Part shown: positions 1 through 13,589 of the stretch, one piece after another
How the letters are laid out: each line of letters opens with the position of its first letter
How positions within the stretch are numbered: position 1 is the stretch's first letter
Assembly (NCBI GenBank): GCA_951406725.2
Contig: OX597820.1
Location: 42,408,001-42,472,000, forward strand
Source: Octopus vulgaris
Lineage: Eukaryota
Length of the DNA: 64,000 bases
Direction of reading: 5' to 3'
Made by a program: the position numbers and the translations under genes
The notes under the pieces: generated by a model
Database searches by the model: none
Told to the model about the DNA's origin: nothing
The model's input: only the letters and a program-made list of their open reading frames with translations

Positions 1-13
1 TCTTTTCCAACTC

Positions 14-45
14 CCTCTTCTTCTTCTTCATCTTCTTCTTCTTCA

Positions 46-76
<31 letters not shown>

Positions 77-78
77 CG
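14..78. repeat. (CTT)n microsatellite
   Basis: Direct reading of the sequence. Confidence 0.95.
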
Positions 79-576
79 CCTCCTTCCTCAGCTATTGCTG
101 CTAAAACAATCAAAGCCAAGAATTCACATCCCTCATGAAATATTCTTTTAGACCTACTACTAGCTACTACCTACAAGCGAGCCTTCACAGGAATAAAAGT
201 AAGAGAGAGCAAGAGAGAGAGAGAGAGAGATAGAGATAGATAGAGAGAGAGAGAGAGATTGAGAAAAAAGGAAAGGTCCTTTGTATTTCAAAACTATGAA
301 AACCCACAACTGAGCCTTCACAAGTGTAAAAGAGACAGACAGACAGAAAAAAAAGAAAATATCCCTTGTATTTACAAGAACATTTCATTTAATTTTTCCA
401 CAATTTAATGGTCTTTCATGCTCTACTGTAGGTTGTAAAAGTCGCAAAGTCTTAAACCGGTACTAAATTGTTCTTCATGATAAAATTATTTTAGCATTTT
501 ATACCTCGTCTTATTTTCCTTATACATTTGAACTCGTGTGCTAATTTTCTACCTTCTACGTACATTCATATATGCA

Positions 577-655
577 TAGATACATACATACATACATACA
601 TACATACATACATACATACATGCATACATATATACATACATACATACATATATAC

Positions 656-699
<44 letters not shown>
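577..699. repeat. (CATA)n/(TA)n compound microsatellite; representative of dozens of similar TA/CA/GATA tracts across the window
   Basis: Direct reading; explains the YI/CV/HT-repeat ORFs. Confidence 0.95.
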
Positions 700-701
<2 letters not shown>

Positions 702-978
702 CTTTGACCGACCAGTCCGTCAGGCGTCCATTTGACACCGCTGGTCACAGCACGCTGTCCACTCCTCTTGCCTGGTCGGGACGTCGGCGACTAAACTGAC
801 AACCCCACCAGGTTCGCTTGGTGAGGAGGGTGCTGTTGGACTCCCTGTGGGATGGAAAAATAAGACCCAACAAAGGGCGGATGAAGTCCTGAAGAGTCGA
901 CGGCCATCCAACATACCGGCCTGCCCGTCCAGCCAGTGGGATGGCGTCATCTTATGGCTAAAACAGCACGAAGAACGA

Positions 979-980
<2 letters not shown>
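700..980 (+). repeat. GC-rich dispersed repeat fragment between two (TA)n tracts
   Basis: GACCAG..CTGGTCACA head is shared with 19305-19345; its 3' end matches 19350-19397 in inverted orientation. Confidence 0.55.
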
Positions 981-1020
<40 letters not shown>

Positions 1021-1479
1021 GATGGACTCTCCTGTTGTTAGACGACGTATGAGGGTTCAACAATTTCGACCGTAGGGACGTGTTATTCCGTTCGTGACTT
1101 CTGCCATTAGTGTATCTAAATTGTGTAATTCTCTGTGAAAGTTTTGTGCTGTTGACTCTGAACCTGCTTAGCAGGGGAAGCACCGATTTTAAAAATTCCT
1201 TTTAAGGGGTGAATAGAAATATTTTTACAATTAGTTCTTTTGTAATTTATTTACACATTTTCGCAATTATGGCTTCCAGCCAAAACAGATAACGCCCCCA
1301 ATATCAACAGACTCAACGAGATGTACCAATAAATGATCCCAGCTCTTCCCTGTCGCAAACAGAAGGAAGTGAACACAGAAAATACCCAGAAATATGTATT
1401 AAATTCTACAAGGGACACCCAAATGTACAACAAGGAACAAGAATTTACTGACAATGAAAATGAATTGAGCTATCAAACC

Positions 1480-1960
1480 AGTCCCATGGTTAACTACCAG
1501 AAATCACTGGCCTGGCAGTGTCACCGAGGAGCTCTACCTGTTCGCAATAAACTCTTTAGACACAGATGTGCAGACATACGGATATGTCCGAGATGCGATC
1601 ACAGCAACAAAACTGTTCCGCACGCTATCGTTCAGTATCCGTTGATTCCAGATCTACGGGTTGACGTAGAATACCCACTGTCGCGTCTGGGAGGAGCACA
1701 GTTGTCAAGTGAATATATCATCAAGATTGTCCCACCTCATTCCCTTAGCCGGGAAAGGCAGGAAGCCTTTTTCTCTGCTTGGTGACTATAGTGAAAGAGG
1801 TCTTATGGTTGATGAAAGTGAAAGCAATTAAGACAGGCAACTTTCTCGCTGGCCAATGCTTATTAAATTAATTTTCTTAACATCTCAAAAGAAAAATAAG
1901 GTTAGAGGGAGAGAGATGTTACCGCCGCGTCTGTTCAGGACTAGATGAAAGCAAGTAGCG
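1480..1960 (+). mobile_element. L1/Tx1-like LINE ORF2 C-terminal remnant (zf-RVT-like)
   Basis: KSLAWQCHRGALPVRNKLFRH...CPRC...TVPHA in ORF 1333-1785; degenerate continuation downstream. Confidence 0.75.
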
Positions 1961-2299
1961 TGTTCGTTGAGTATAAATGTGGCCGACTTGAACGTACAAC
2001 AGTAGTCTCCTGTGTGAGAGCAGTTCGCGGTTTTTCATTTCCTTGTCTTATCATTATGCCATGTGTAATTTATATTTTGTTATTACTTTTCATATTGTTC
2101 TTCCATCCGCCCATCCACCCCTAAGTGTTCTTGTCTGTCCTATATTGTCCCTCTATGTCGGCACAAGTAGCTAATAAGGAATCAAATTTCTTACCGAACA
2201 ACCACACAAATGATTTTTTTATAGATCTTGACATAAGCTGACTCTCACCATCAGATCTATATTACATGTACAGGTGCAACGGGTGCCACATGTCAGATG

Positions 2300-2415
2300 T
2301 GGAAAAGATCGCAGAGCAACGTAAAATGAAGTGTTTTGCTCAACGCAGCGCCCAGTCTGGGAATGGAACCGACAATCTCGCAATCGTCAGCGCAACACCC
2401 TAACCACTAAGCTAT
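2300..2415 (-). mobile_element. tRNA-derived SINE head
   Basis: Minus strand reads TAGCTTAGTGGTTAGGG (A box) ... GGTTCCATTCC (B-box-like). Confidence 0.65.
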
Positions 2416-2533
2416 GCGACTATATATATATATATATATATGTGTGTGTTTGTGTGTGTGTTTGCGTGTGTGTGTGTGTATGTATATATATGTATATATA
2501 CATATATACATGCATATATACATACATGCATAT

Positions 2534-2661
<128 letters not shown>

Positions 2662-2664
2662 AAA

Positions 2665-3000
2665 TGCTTATATGGGTACAGGATGTCACAAATCGTAAAC
2701 AACATGAAATACGAAATACGAAAACAACATAAAATATGGAGACAAACTTGGGTATGCAAGCAAAGAGACAAACAAATGGAAAGCAAGACAAGTACAAGAC
2801 AAAGCAACACAAAGAACGACCCTTCAACAGTTGTCGGCTGACCATCGACTCCTCGTTTCGAACATTTAATGACAATGTGAGGCTTCGAAAGGTAGTTGCT
2901 CCCGCGAACCAAAATAAAATTTGGGATATACGGAGGGTCAAATTTGGTAGCAAAAACAGGACAGTGAAGACATGCAACAAACCAAATATATATAATGATT
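2665..3000 (-). repeat. Dispersed repeat family, homologous to 26310-26640
   Basis: Shared blocks on the minus strand: TTCGAAACG(A/C)GGAGT...CTG(T/A)TG(A/C)AGGG, and on the plus strand AAATAAAATTTGGGAT. Confidence 0.6.
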
Positions 3001-3089
3001 TGTAACTGTAAGAACTAGGTGTAGACAGTTAATAGCCTTCGAGCAGAACATAGAAGGTATAAAAATCAACTTTCAAGAACAATAGTAGT

Positions 3090-3379
3090 TCATTGGCGTA
3101 GAAGGTTGTAGGTTTTGGCCATTTCTAATTTCGTTAAGATGTTATGTTATAGTTCACGGTTTGCAACTGGGTTTGCTATGCATGCGAATAAAAATCTAAT
3201 TTGAGAGAATGGAGCAGGTCAATTCCAGGCTATATTTGCTTCCTATCTAGCCGAACATCGGAAATAATAATTACTCGATGAGGGATACTCCACTAGCTAC
3301 TCATCAGGTCGAAGATAACTGAGTTAAATGAAGGTTACGGTTACATTGTCGTCAAGGGATACCGAGTTAACTCGCAGGA

Positions 3380-3380
<1 letters not shown>
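3090..3380 (-). repeat. Dispersed repeat, homologous to 44170-44370 (+)
   Basis: Shared GTAGCTAGTGGAGTA, TAGCCTGGA, CATAGCA and CGTGAACTATAA blocks. Confidence 0.65.
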
Positions 3381-3417
<37 letters not shown>

Positions 3418-3450
3418 GAAGGTTGAAAACGAACACACGAGTTGCTTTTT

Positions 3451-3493
<43 letters not shown>

Positions 3494-4114
3494 TATATAT
3501 ATACATGTATGTACATACGTATATGCATACTTATATTAATATATAACCATCAATATATATATATATATATAAGTGTGTTTATGTGTGTGTGTGTCATTTG
3601 AAGAATCAGATAATCAGATTAAATGTAATACTGATTTGAAAGAGAGCACAACATAATATTAAGAGAGAAATAATAGCCACACAATAGTTCAAAATTGACG
3701 TTTACCCGTTCTTTATTTACAAAACTAAAATGGAGTTTAACTTGCCAAAAAACAACTGAAAAACTAACAAATATTAGCTATAAAATTAATATTCCAATAT
3801 GAAAATTAATATTCGAATTTCCATTTCTGTATGAATATTCCAAACATTATTGTTTCAGACCATTTTCTTATCATTGAGAAGCTTGGATTTAAGACATAAT
3901 TAGAAAGAGAATATTGAAATTAGTTTTCAGCTTATGAAAAGAATTACATACGAATTTAGACTTCCCGATTTCTTCCCCTCTTTCGTAGTGTTTGTTGACT
4001 TGTTTCTCTCTGTATATGCCTCATCCTTTCGTATCCAACGCTCTTATTTCATCCTTTTAATCATCGCAATTCTCTCTCTCAATCTCTCCCTTCCCCCCCT
4101 CTCTCTTTCTTTCT

Positions 4115-4155
<41 letters not shown>

Positions 4156-4302
4156 GTTTCTTTCCTGCTTCATTCTACCTTACCTTAATTATGTCCAATA
4201 AAATTCCTATTCCTTCACATTCTCTCGATACATACACAAGCACACACTCGTGCACGCACAAATGTACAATCATACATACAAATATATATCTGTATGTATA
4301 TA

Positions 4303-4344
<42 letters not shown>

Positions 4345-4418
4345 TACATATAATATATATGTATATAAATATATATACAGATTTATGTATATCTATATAT
4401 ATATATATGTATATATGC

Positions 4419-4474
<56 letters not shown>

Positions 4475-4623
4475 GCATATATATGTATATAGATATATGC
4501 GTAAAGCATACACAGCTAATAAAAATACACACATACATATATATGCATATATGTATATATATATATATACATACATTCATATATATATATATACACATAT
4601 ACTATATATATATATATACATAA

Positions 4624-4690
<67 letters not shown>

Positions 4691-4799
4691 CGTGTGTGTG
4701 TGTGTGTGTGTATGTATGTATATAGAGCAAAATTTAAGATATCAACGCCAGAGAAAAAGTTTGTTTAAACAACTGTTATGATACTTCACCGCCCGCAGA

Positions 4800-6059
4800 T
4801 CGATATTTTATCAATGTTAACCAGCCATTGAATTCCACACAGTAACAAAATCTTACCCGCCAACCCATCTCTTCTTTCCGCTTCGCCAATACTAATACTA
4901 CCGTCTTCATCCTAATCATCATTTTCATCATTACTAACAACCCTAGCAGCAGCAGCAGCTGTAGCAGCAGCAGCCGTAGTAGTAGCAGGAAACTACAATA
5001 TGACCACAAACACAATGAACAACAACAAAATACAAAAAAATCAACAAAAAACAATATTTCTAACAATGATAGTGACAATATCATGACCGCTAGTTCCATC
5101 ACAACAAACACTAACATTGACATTGCACCCGCTAATACTAGAACTGTAAGGATCACCACCACTCCATCGTCACCACTGTCACAAACAGTATTAAAACTAC
5201 CATAACGATCACCACCGATGTCACCACTATCATCATTACCACGAACACCATCAGCACCACATACACCGTCAATACCACCAACATCAACACCAACACCATC
5301 CATTAACCTCGTCAACATTACAAACGCCAGCACCATCACCAGCACCACCATCCCCAAACCAGCAGACTACTGTCAACACCACCAACATCAGGACCACCAA
5401 AGTACCACTGGCACCACCTACATTATCACCACCAACACCAACACCAACAAAAACAACCCTACCACTGCTGCCACCATCACGATCCATACTAACAAACGTA
5501 TACCAACACTGCCTCTGCTTCTGCCACACCACCATAACCACTACCAACACGGTTATACAACCACCATTACTAACACAGTTACACAACCACCATTCTCACC
5601 ACCTCAACCCATAAGAACCCAAGCACCAGCTTTCAAAACCACTCTCATTCCTAGCAAATAATATACGCCATCACTACCAACACTACAAACATCATTCACC
5701 AGCACCACCGCCGCCACCGAAACCATCACCACCACCACCAGACCTAGCAGCACAGTTGCACAACCAGCTCTGCCACAACCACCACAACCACCATTACTTC
5801 CACCACTAACACCACCACCACCATTGCTATTACGACCGCCGATACCAATAACATCAACGTGACAACGACCACGACCAACAATAATAGCAACAACAATTAA
5901 AACAATAAAGTTGTAAAAATAAAAAAAAGCGCGTAACAACGAAAACGAAACATGAAGACGATCAGAAATGTAGAGTATAGTCACAACAACCACGGGCAAA
6001 AACAATAGAGATACTAAAAACAACCACAACAACAACAATCAGAGCAAAACGGTAGTGAA

Positions 6060-6109
<50 letters not shown>

Positions 6110-6150
6110 TAATAATAGTAATAATAATAATAATAATAATAATGATAATA

Positions 6151-6196
<46 letters not shown>

Positions 6197-6928
6197 CAAC
6201 AGCAGCAACAACAAGAACAACAGCAAACAGAGCAATAGCTACGACGACGACGACGACGACGGAGCTGTAACAATAAGAATCGCAGCAGTCACAACACCAA
6301 AAATAATAGCCACTTGAATAGAATTGAGGCTGGCGTCGCCGCCGCCGCTGCTGCCGTCGCCGTCGCCGCCGCCATCATCGTTGTCATCATCATTATCGTG
6401 TTCATCACTACCACCATCATCACTATCACCTCCACCACCACCACCACCATCGCCACCATCTTCATCACCGCCACCACCACCAGCACCATCATTATCATCA
6501 TAATTATCATCATCAACAACGTCATTATCAAGAACAAGAGCAGCAGAGCAGGAACAACAATAACAATACCAACGATGAAATGTTGTTAACAACAATAGCA
6601 TCAACACCAGTCACCAAGCTTCCTAATTATCGAAATCCATAACAACAGCATCGGCAAGACAAAACCAAAAACTATATTAGCAGCAGCAGCAGCAGCGGCA
6701 GCGGCAACAACAACAACAACGACGACGACGACCACAGCAACAACAACATGAACAAAACTACTACAACAATAAAGCAAACAACAAAAACAACTTCCACACC
6801 AACAATAATAGGAACGTCAACAATATTGAAAGAAATATTAAAAAAATATATATAACTCTATGATATCAATTATCAATAGGAATGACAACAGCGTCAATAG
6901 CAACTTCACCAACACTTCCACCACCACC

Positions 6929-6962
<34 letters not shown>

Positions 6963-7140
6963 TAGAGAATTCAATAACAATTGCAACAACAACAACAACA
7001 ACGAAGACATGATCAACAGTATCAACAAGAAAAAGTTCAACAACAACAGTGAAAACAATAACAAGAGCGTTGCACTATATATTTGAACTGCTTTTAATTT
7101 TTCTACTGCAAACAATACTGACCTGCGCTAATGATAACAA
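4800..7140. repeat. ~2.3 kb decayed trinucleotide low-complexity tract (ACC/AAC/AAT/CAG/GAC)
   Basis: Direct reading; frames are broken by stops. Confidence 0.85.
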
Positions 7141-7772
7141 CATTCCGAAGTAGAAACTAGTCTTCTCACTTCGTAACTGTACTCTGAGCCGAGCACCAAT
7201 CAATACTTCCATTGTCTTATATTATTAGAAAGAAACTAAACCAACTTTATCGGACACCATTTTATATTATATTATTATAATATATTATTTTATTAGTCTT
7301 TTATTATTTTTCATATATATTTTTGATTCTCTTTTAAACACATTGTGTTTCCTTGTTCTGCTCTCTCCATTATCAATGCTCCTTATTTCCGCAATATTCC
7401 TGTTTGCTTCATTCATTCTTTAACATTAATGCCTCTGTACACAACAACCATCCCGTAACACATACATACACCCCATTCTCGTGTTCACACATAGTTTTAG
7501 TTTGCTAAGCTTTCGTTATTAAAAGCGACACTGAAGAAATTATAAAGCTAAGCCGTGAAACGGCCTTTTCAATGAAAGGAAAATCAAGTCTTTCTTGTTG
7601 TCTTCTCTTCCCTTAGTGCATTAACAATATTCAGTTATGACGTATTTTAATGTTTATATATTTTTTTTCATCCATCATCTTCCTTTATGCTAAATATATC
7701 GGTATCAGCATAATTAGAACCTTTATTTGGAATATTCTGCATTATTGTTGTCAAAATCTTCATCATTATTAA

Positions 7773-7836
<64 letters not shown>

Positions 7837-7974
7837 GTTGTTGTTGTTATTATTGTTGTTGTAGCTGTAGCTATAGTTGTTGCTGTTGTTATTGTTGTTG
7901 TTATTATTATTATTTTTATTATTATTATATTTGTTGTTATTGATGTGTTCCTCTTCCTTAATAATAATAATAAT

Positions 7975-8048
<74 letters not shown>

Positions 8049-8429
8049 TAATAATAATACTTTATTGGGTACAAGGATTCATATAGAGGATGTGAAGCGT
8101 GTAATTCAAAAGGGGTTACAAAGCATATAGGCATGTGTTCATGTATCATAAACGATGTTGGGTCAAAAGCATATTACATAAAAATGTCCTATGCAAAACA
8201 TAAAATGCGTGAAATTCACCCGCACAGGTGTGAGAAACCAGCATAAGCTGCTAAGTCGAACTGAGACGCCACCATCGCCCTCTGGTTGTAAGTCCTCATC
8301 TGTCGTGAGCTATGAGTAGCATGGTCATGAACAATCGTCTATGATACTGAGGTAACCGACACATACCACATCTCTTCTTTAATCAGATTCGTCTTGTTTT
8401 AGGACCAGCATGAAATCAAGAACACGAAG

Positions 8430-9300
8430 AATACTCCCTACTCATCATAAAATCCAGACACATTATAGCATAGGGCGTCTTTTCGAAAGGGAGTTCCAAC
8501 CTTTTAAATTTTCTCTTGTTTTCCTCACCCGTTTTTTTTTTAATTTTTGTTTGACCATCCTCAAAGTTTCTCACTCTACTTTAGTCACTGTACCTACTCA
8601 TCGCCTCCAGACGATGGATTATGCTGCTGTTCCTGTCTTTGGTTGGTTGTCTGCTGGAACCGTTCTCTTAGTCTTCATCTACCACGGAGACCATGGCATG
8701 AAAAATCAGTTCACTTTAATTCCTTGCGTTCTAACTATAATGAGAACTGCGGCTAGACAAATTCTGAACACATCAGTAACACTAGCCAGAGACTACACCT
8801 CTGAAGTTTGTTTCTATTGGTGCTTATTCATTGTTGGTGTCTACCAGCATCGTTTTATTATTTTCTTTCGATTTCAGGTGTTACTTACTGCTCCACGCGC
8901 AGCAACTAAACCGTCTAATCTACACTACTTGTGTGATAGTCATCCTCTCTTTTTCCTGGATTATACGTAACCCCGTTATAACAATAGAATCATTGTAGAC
9001 ATCAGAGTTTAGACATTATCCCCGATAACATATTTAGACATTCCTTCCTATTTAAACGTTCCTCCAGATGACATATTGATGGTCACCTACGGGGATACAT
9101 AAATGGGTTTATTATGGAACAAGTATCGACAAAGACTTTGGCTGTAATTATAAAATTCCAGTGACACAACTGTAGCAAAACAGAGAATAGGTGAGGACTA
9201 TCTATATAGAAAGATCTTCCTTGACAAAGACTTTACCTTCTTGAATAAAATCTTGGGGTGAGAATAAAAACTGTTTTTCATTTTCTGTCAGTGCCCGAAG
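8430..9300 (-). mobile_element. Highly degenerate L1/Tx1-like ORF2 3' remnant
   Basis: Minus-strand peptide traces resemble the zf-RVT region at 1480-1960 (PTMNKHQ, RIC..., KVE.ETL); many stops. Confidence 0.4.
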
Positions 9301-9666
9301 TCGAGTTCTATGTTTTCACGAAAGACATTTGGAACTAAATGGAGTATTTTGCTATCATTAATAGTATTGCTGTCTGAGGTGTTTAACAATACATTTTCCA
9401 ATATTTTCCACAATATTCTCTTTGGTTCTTCCAGTGTACAAGTGGAGGTGCTGAAACTTGAACATCTATCTGGTTGTTACGATTCTCTCTTTTTATATAC
9501 TTCATTTAAGTTTGGAAACATTTGAGGATCGTGAATGCTTTTCGTTTTCTTAAGGCTTTGGCTACCGTATTTGTGGTTAGCACTCTGGGCTCGATGTAAT
9601 CGACTGTACCCCACAAAAAATATTCAGGCCTCATGCCTATATTCGAAAGGAATTATAATAATAATA

Positions 9667-9764
<98 letters not shown>

Positions 9765-10431
9765 GCAGGTGTTGTTGTTGCGTTCGTTTTTGTTTGTACT
9801 GTTAATTTTATTATATTTTTATCATAATTATCATAATAATTATTTCGTTTTACCTGAATGGACTTGTTTGCTTCATTTTTCCAATATCTTTGGATTTTAG
9901 GTTTTATTGCAAGTAAAAAGAAAAATTCTTTGAAATATTTTACCAAAAGAATGCTTTGGAACATCTGTGGTGCCCACCTTATTGTAAATACTGTGTGCTT
10001 TGGAACATTTTACGTTTTAATATTTGTAAACATTTAGCTTACTCACAATTTAACATGGATTCCTGTTTGGGAGTTGCAGGAAAAAAAATCACCACAATGG
10101 AGGTTGCACTATCATAAACAAACACGCCTACCGTTACAAACATGTGACAATATTAACACAAATTCTAATAATGAAAAGCAGCTGAAACAAAACTCATAAG
10201 CTCCAACTGGTAAACACACACAGGAGAAAAAATATTATGATTGCCAACAAACAACGTTGACTCTCTCGGCCCTAATACACGGAACGAAAATAAATATAAG
10301 AAAACAACAGCAGCGACATTAGTAGCATCATGCATGGTATTGCTTGCAGGCAAACGGCAAATTTGGATTGAAGCTAAGCCCGGTCATAGAAACAATTTGG
10401 ACAAAGTTGGTGTTGTATAACAAGTCACTCC

Positions 10432-10710
10432 TATTTACTCTTGAACTTTGTGAAGCAGTATGTACAGAGAAATTATGCGAACTTTTCTCTCATATAGTCT
10501 GAGGAGGAGATGAATGTCTGTTGCATGTTTCTAAAAAGAAGAGAAAAAATATATAGTATAAACTATCTATGTCTACCCCCATGTTGAAATAGTATGACTC
10601 TCGCCTTACATAGACTTGCGTCGTAGAAAATGTGGAAAATAACTCAGTTAGTGACATTGCTAGCAATACCAACCCGTGATAGGCATTAATCCTGTGAATT
10701 TCAAGCGCAA
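10432..10710 (+). repeat. Local direct repeat, copy A (copy B at 11774-12033)
   Basis: Near-identical CTCTTGAACTTTGTGAAGCAGTATGT...GGCATTAATCC.GTGAATTTCAAG. Confidence 0.9.
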
Positions 10711-10729
10711 GAACATAACGAAACCAACT

Positions 10730-10859
10730 CCGTACGCAATCGACACAATTTCCGCTCAAAGCTATAAAACATAACACATTTTACTCAACTCAAACTCTAC
10801 CCAGATCTGGAACTCGTATGACATAGCACATCTTGAATACAGCAAACAGAAGGAATACA

Positions 10860-10922
<63 letters not shown>

Positions 10923-11580
10923 CCAATTTCAGGCCCCTACCAAAAGGTTTCTTCAAACACATCTGGAACAGGTGTGTGACTTTCATAGTGGAGGAAAAAC
11001 ATACTATATAAGTATTGGAAAGAAACAAAGCAGTAATGATGGTTTGAATGTCTAGTACAAGGCCAGCAGTTTCGGATGAGATGGGCGGTCGATTATATTG
11101 ACCCTAATGTTCAACCGATTCCAGTTTTATTGACCCCGAAGGGATGTAAGGCAAAATCGATCTCAACAAAGGTGGAAATGAGAATGAAACACCGCCAAGC
11201 ATTTTCCCCAGCGTGCTAATGTTCCTCTCAGCTGGCCGGCTTAATATTGCTTCAAACTTTTGGTACAAGGCTAGTGATTTCAGAGGAAGAACCAGGATAA
11301 AGGTACTTCTCGAGTCATACAGACTCATATGGCCGGTTCCCAGGGTTCTCTAGCGTATATAACCCCACTACTTCCCGGCCGAGGCACCGATCTGACGCAA
11401 GATTACACATTTTTCCCAGTTGAGTTGACGTCCACCAAGAGATCGCCGGACAATTCTGGCATATGAAGATAAAGCTCGATGGGCAAACCATCTAGCCCCA
11501 GTGACCTCCCTTGTGCAGCTCGTCATCGCAAACCGTATGTCTTAAATTTTGCAGAACTCCGTATCCCCGAACGATGATGA
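10730..11580 (+). repeat. Local segmental duplication, copy 1 (copy 2 at 16662-17940)
   Basis: Collinear high identity from CCGTACGCA.TCGACACAATTTCCGCTC to GCAGAACTCC..ACGATGATGA. Confidence 0.9.
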
Positions 11581-11773
11581 TCATGATAATGACAGTTATA
11601 GTGTTGGTAGTGGTGGTGGTGTTGGTGTTGGTGGAGGTTGTGATGGTGGTGGTGGTGGTGGTGTTGGTGTTGGTAGTGGTGGTGGTAATGATGCTGATGA
11701 TGAGGATAATGATGATGATGATGGTCATAGAAACAATTTTGACAAAGACTGGTGATGTGTAACAAAACAATCC

Positions 11774-12033
11774 TATCTACTCTTGAACTTTGTGAAGCAG
11801 TATGTAAAGAGAAAATATTTGTACTTTTCTCTCATACAGTTTGAGGAGGAGATGAATGTCTGTTGCATGCTTTCTAGAAAGCTAAGAAAAAATATATGGC
11901 ATAAACTATCTCTGTCTTCCCTCGTGCTGAAATAGTATAGGCTTGTGTCGTACAAACTGTGTCAAAATATCTCAATTATTGACATTGCTAGCAATATCAA
12001 CCCGTGACAGGCATTAATCCAGTGAATTTCAAG
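11774..12033 (+). repeat. Local direct repeat, copy B of 10432-10710
   Basis: Direct alignment by eye. Confidence 0.9.
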
Positions 12034-12415
12034 TACAATATGGGCAAATTGAAGAGGCAGGAAAGACTTCATGTGTTCATTGACGTTGGTTCAGACTTAC
12101 ATAACATTATTGACATCAAGGATCATAAGAACATTCCAGTACTGTGCTTTGCTAAGGGTGCAGAAATGAAGGAACTAAGTTTTATGTCGCAAGTTAAACG
12201 CCACCTATATTATTGTAGCAGCATAAGTTACTTGAGGCCCTAAGAAAATAAAGCCTAGAAAATTAAAGAAGAAATGCCTATGATAGAAAGCAAAATGCAT
12301 CAGTTTTCAGAGTGTCATCTGTAACAGCTTCAAGTGCCAGAGGATGCACTACTGCTGGATCTATTGCACTGCTCAATTATTTTAAAGGAGAAAGTGGCTA
12401 AAAAAGCCCCACAAA

Positions 12416-12630
12416 GGTGCAGGAGTGGCTGTGTGGTGTGTAGCTCACTTACCAACCACATAGTTCCGGGTTCAGTCCCACTGCGTGGCAATTTGGCAAG
12501 TGTCTTCTACTACAGCCTCAGGCCGACCAAAGGATTATGAATGGATTTAGTAGGCGAAAACTTAAAGAAGCCCGTCGATATATATATATATATGTGTGTA
12601 CATATATGTTTGTCTGTCTATCCCCCCAAC
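12416..12630 (+). mobile_element. tRNA-derived SINE (5' half)
   Basis: TGGCTGTGTGG A box, GGTTCAGTCC B box; same family as 19700-19835 and 62725-62880. Confidence 0.8.
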
Positions 12631-13015
12631 ATAGTCTTAATTAAGAAAGAAAGCAAGCTATGCTGGATCATAGACGTAGCATGTCCAGCTGACAACGAGG
12701 TATGCGATAAGGAAAAATGAAAAGTCAAGAAATATGACAGGTTAGCTTGCGAAGTTGAGCAGTTGTGGTCAATAAAAAAGGTAGCAGTAGTGCCAATAAT
12801 TGTCGGAGCCCTGGGAACAGTGAGCAAAATATCTCGAGAAGTACGTGGAACAAATAGGGGCTGCAATAAGTGTGGAGCACTTGCAGAAAACAGCACTGCA
12901 TGGAACCGCTCAAATACTCAGGAAGGTGCTCGAAAAAGAAGAGGTGTTACCTTAGTTCACTAGTAGTGAACAACTGACACTGTAGTACATCTCCAGCGTT
13001 AGAAGCTGTGCAAAG
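12625..13015 (+). mobile_element. R4/Dong-like (restriction-like endonuclease) non-LTR 3' end remnant
   Basis: PNIVLIKK..CWIIDVACP..KVKKY..VVPIIVGALG motif; followed by an (AAC)n-like tract. Confidence 0.8.
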
Positions 13016-13059
13016 GCAACAACAACACCAGAAACAACAACAACGACAATAAGAAGAAA

Positions 13060-13575
13060 GAAAGAAATGATAGAAAAATTGAAAGTTGAGTACTTGCGCA
13101 GACTGAGACTTTTGCTTAAGTCGAAATTAAACGGACGTAATAAGATTGGAGCTATCATCACCTGGGCGGTTTCATTCCTTAGATATGGAACTAGGGTAAA
13201 CTCATGGGCAGAAGACGAACTAAACAGCTTAGACAGAAAGATAAGGAAGTTGGTGACTATATATGTTATACTCCACACAAAAAGTGATGAAGACAGACTG
13301 CATGCACCAAGAAAAAGAGGGGGAAGAGAACTGATTGGTTCTGAACACAGCATGAGAGCAGAAGAAAACAATATAGCATGGTACGTAAAAAATGCCTCAG
13401 CATCACTAGTATAGGGAGTAAGAAGTTCAGGCTTGTGTAGGAGGGAAGATTGCAAAGATAAAGAACTGTAGAATCACATGAGAATGATTGAAACTGAAAA
13501 AAGGTGGGTAGAAGAAAGAATGCTTGGAAAATTTCATAGGGATGCTGAAGATAAGACAGACAGAGAAAATAAGAT
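13060..13575 (+). mobile_element. R4/Dong-like RT C-terminal remnant
   Basis: EYLRRLRLLLKSKLNGRNKIGAI.TWAV..LRY...LDRKIRK...DRL..PRKRGGR. Confidence 0.8.
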
Positions 13576-13589
13576 GGCTATGGTTATTT

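Noticed and set aside
710-800. Possible HDV-like ribozyme (CTCCTCT loop, CTGGTC-GG, CTAA)
   Set aside because: P2 and P3 do not pair properly and P4 is weak
3290-3312. CTGATGA on the minus strand as a hammerhead core
   Set aside because: No GAAA or stem II, and the homolog at 44207 reads CTGATAC
4776-6607. Thr/Pro-rich mucin-like ORF (5218-5661) and overlapping ORFs
   Set aside because: Decayed trinucleotide tract; all frames are low complexity and broken by stops; no signal peptide or splice support
10212-10245. HTGEK-like C2H2 zinc-finger linker
   Set aside because: Single occurrence, frame broken, no Cys/His scaffold
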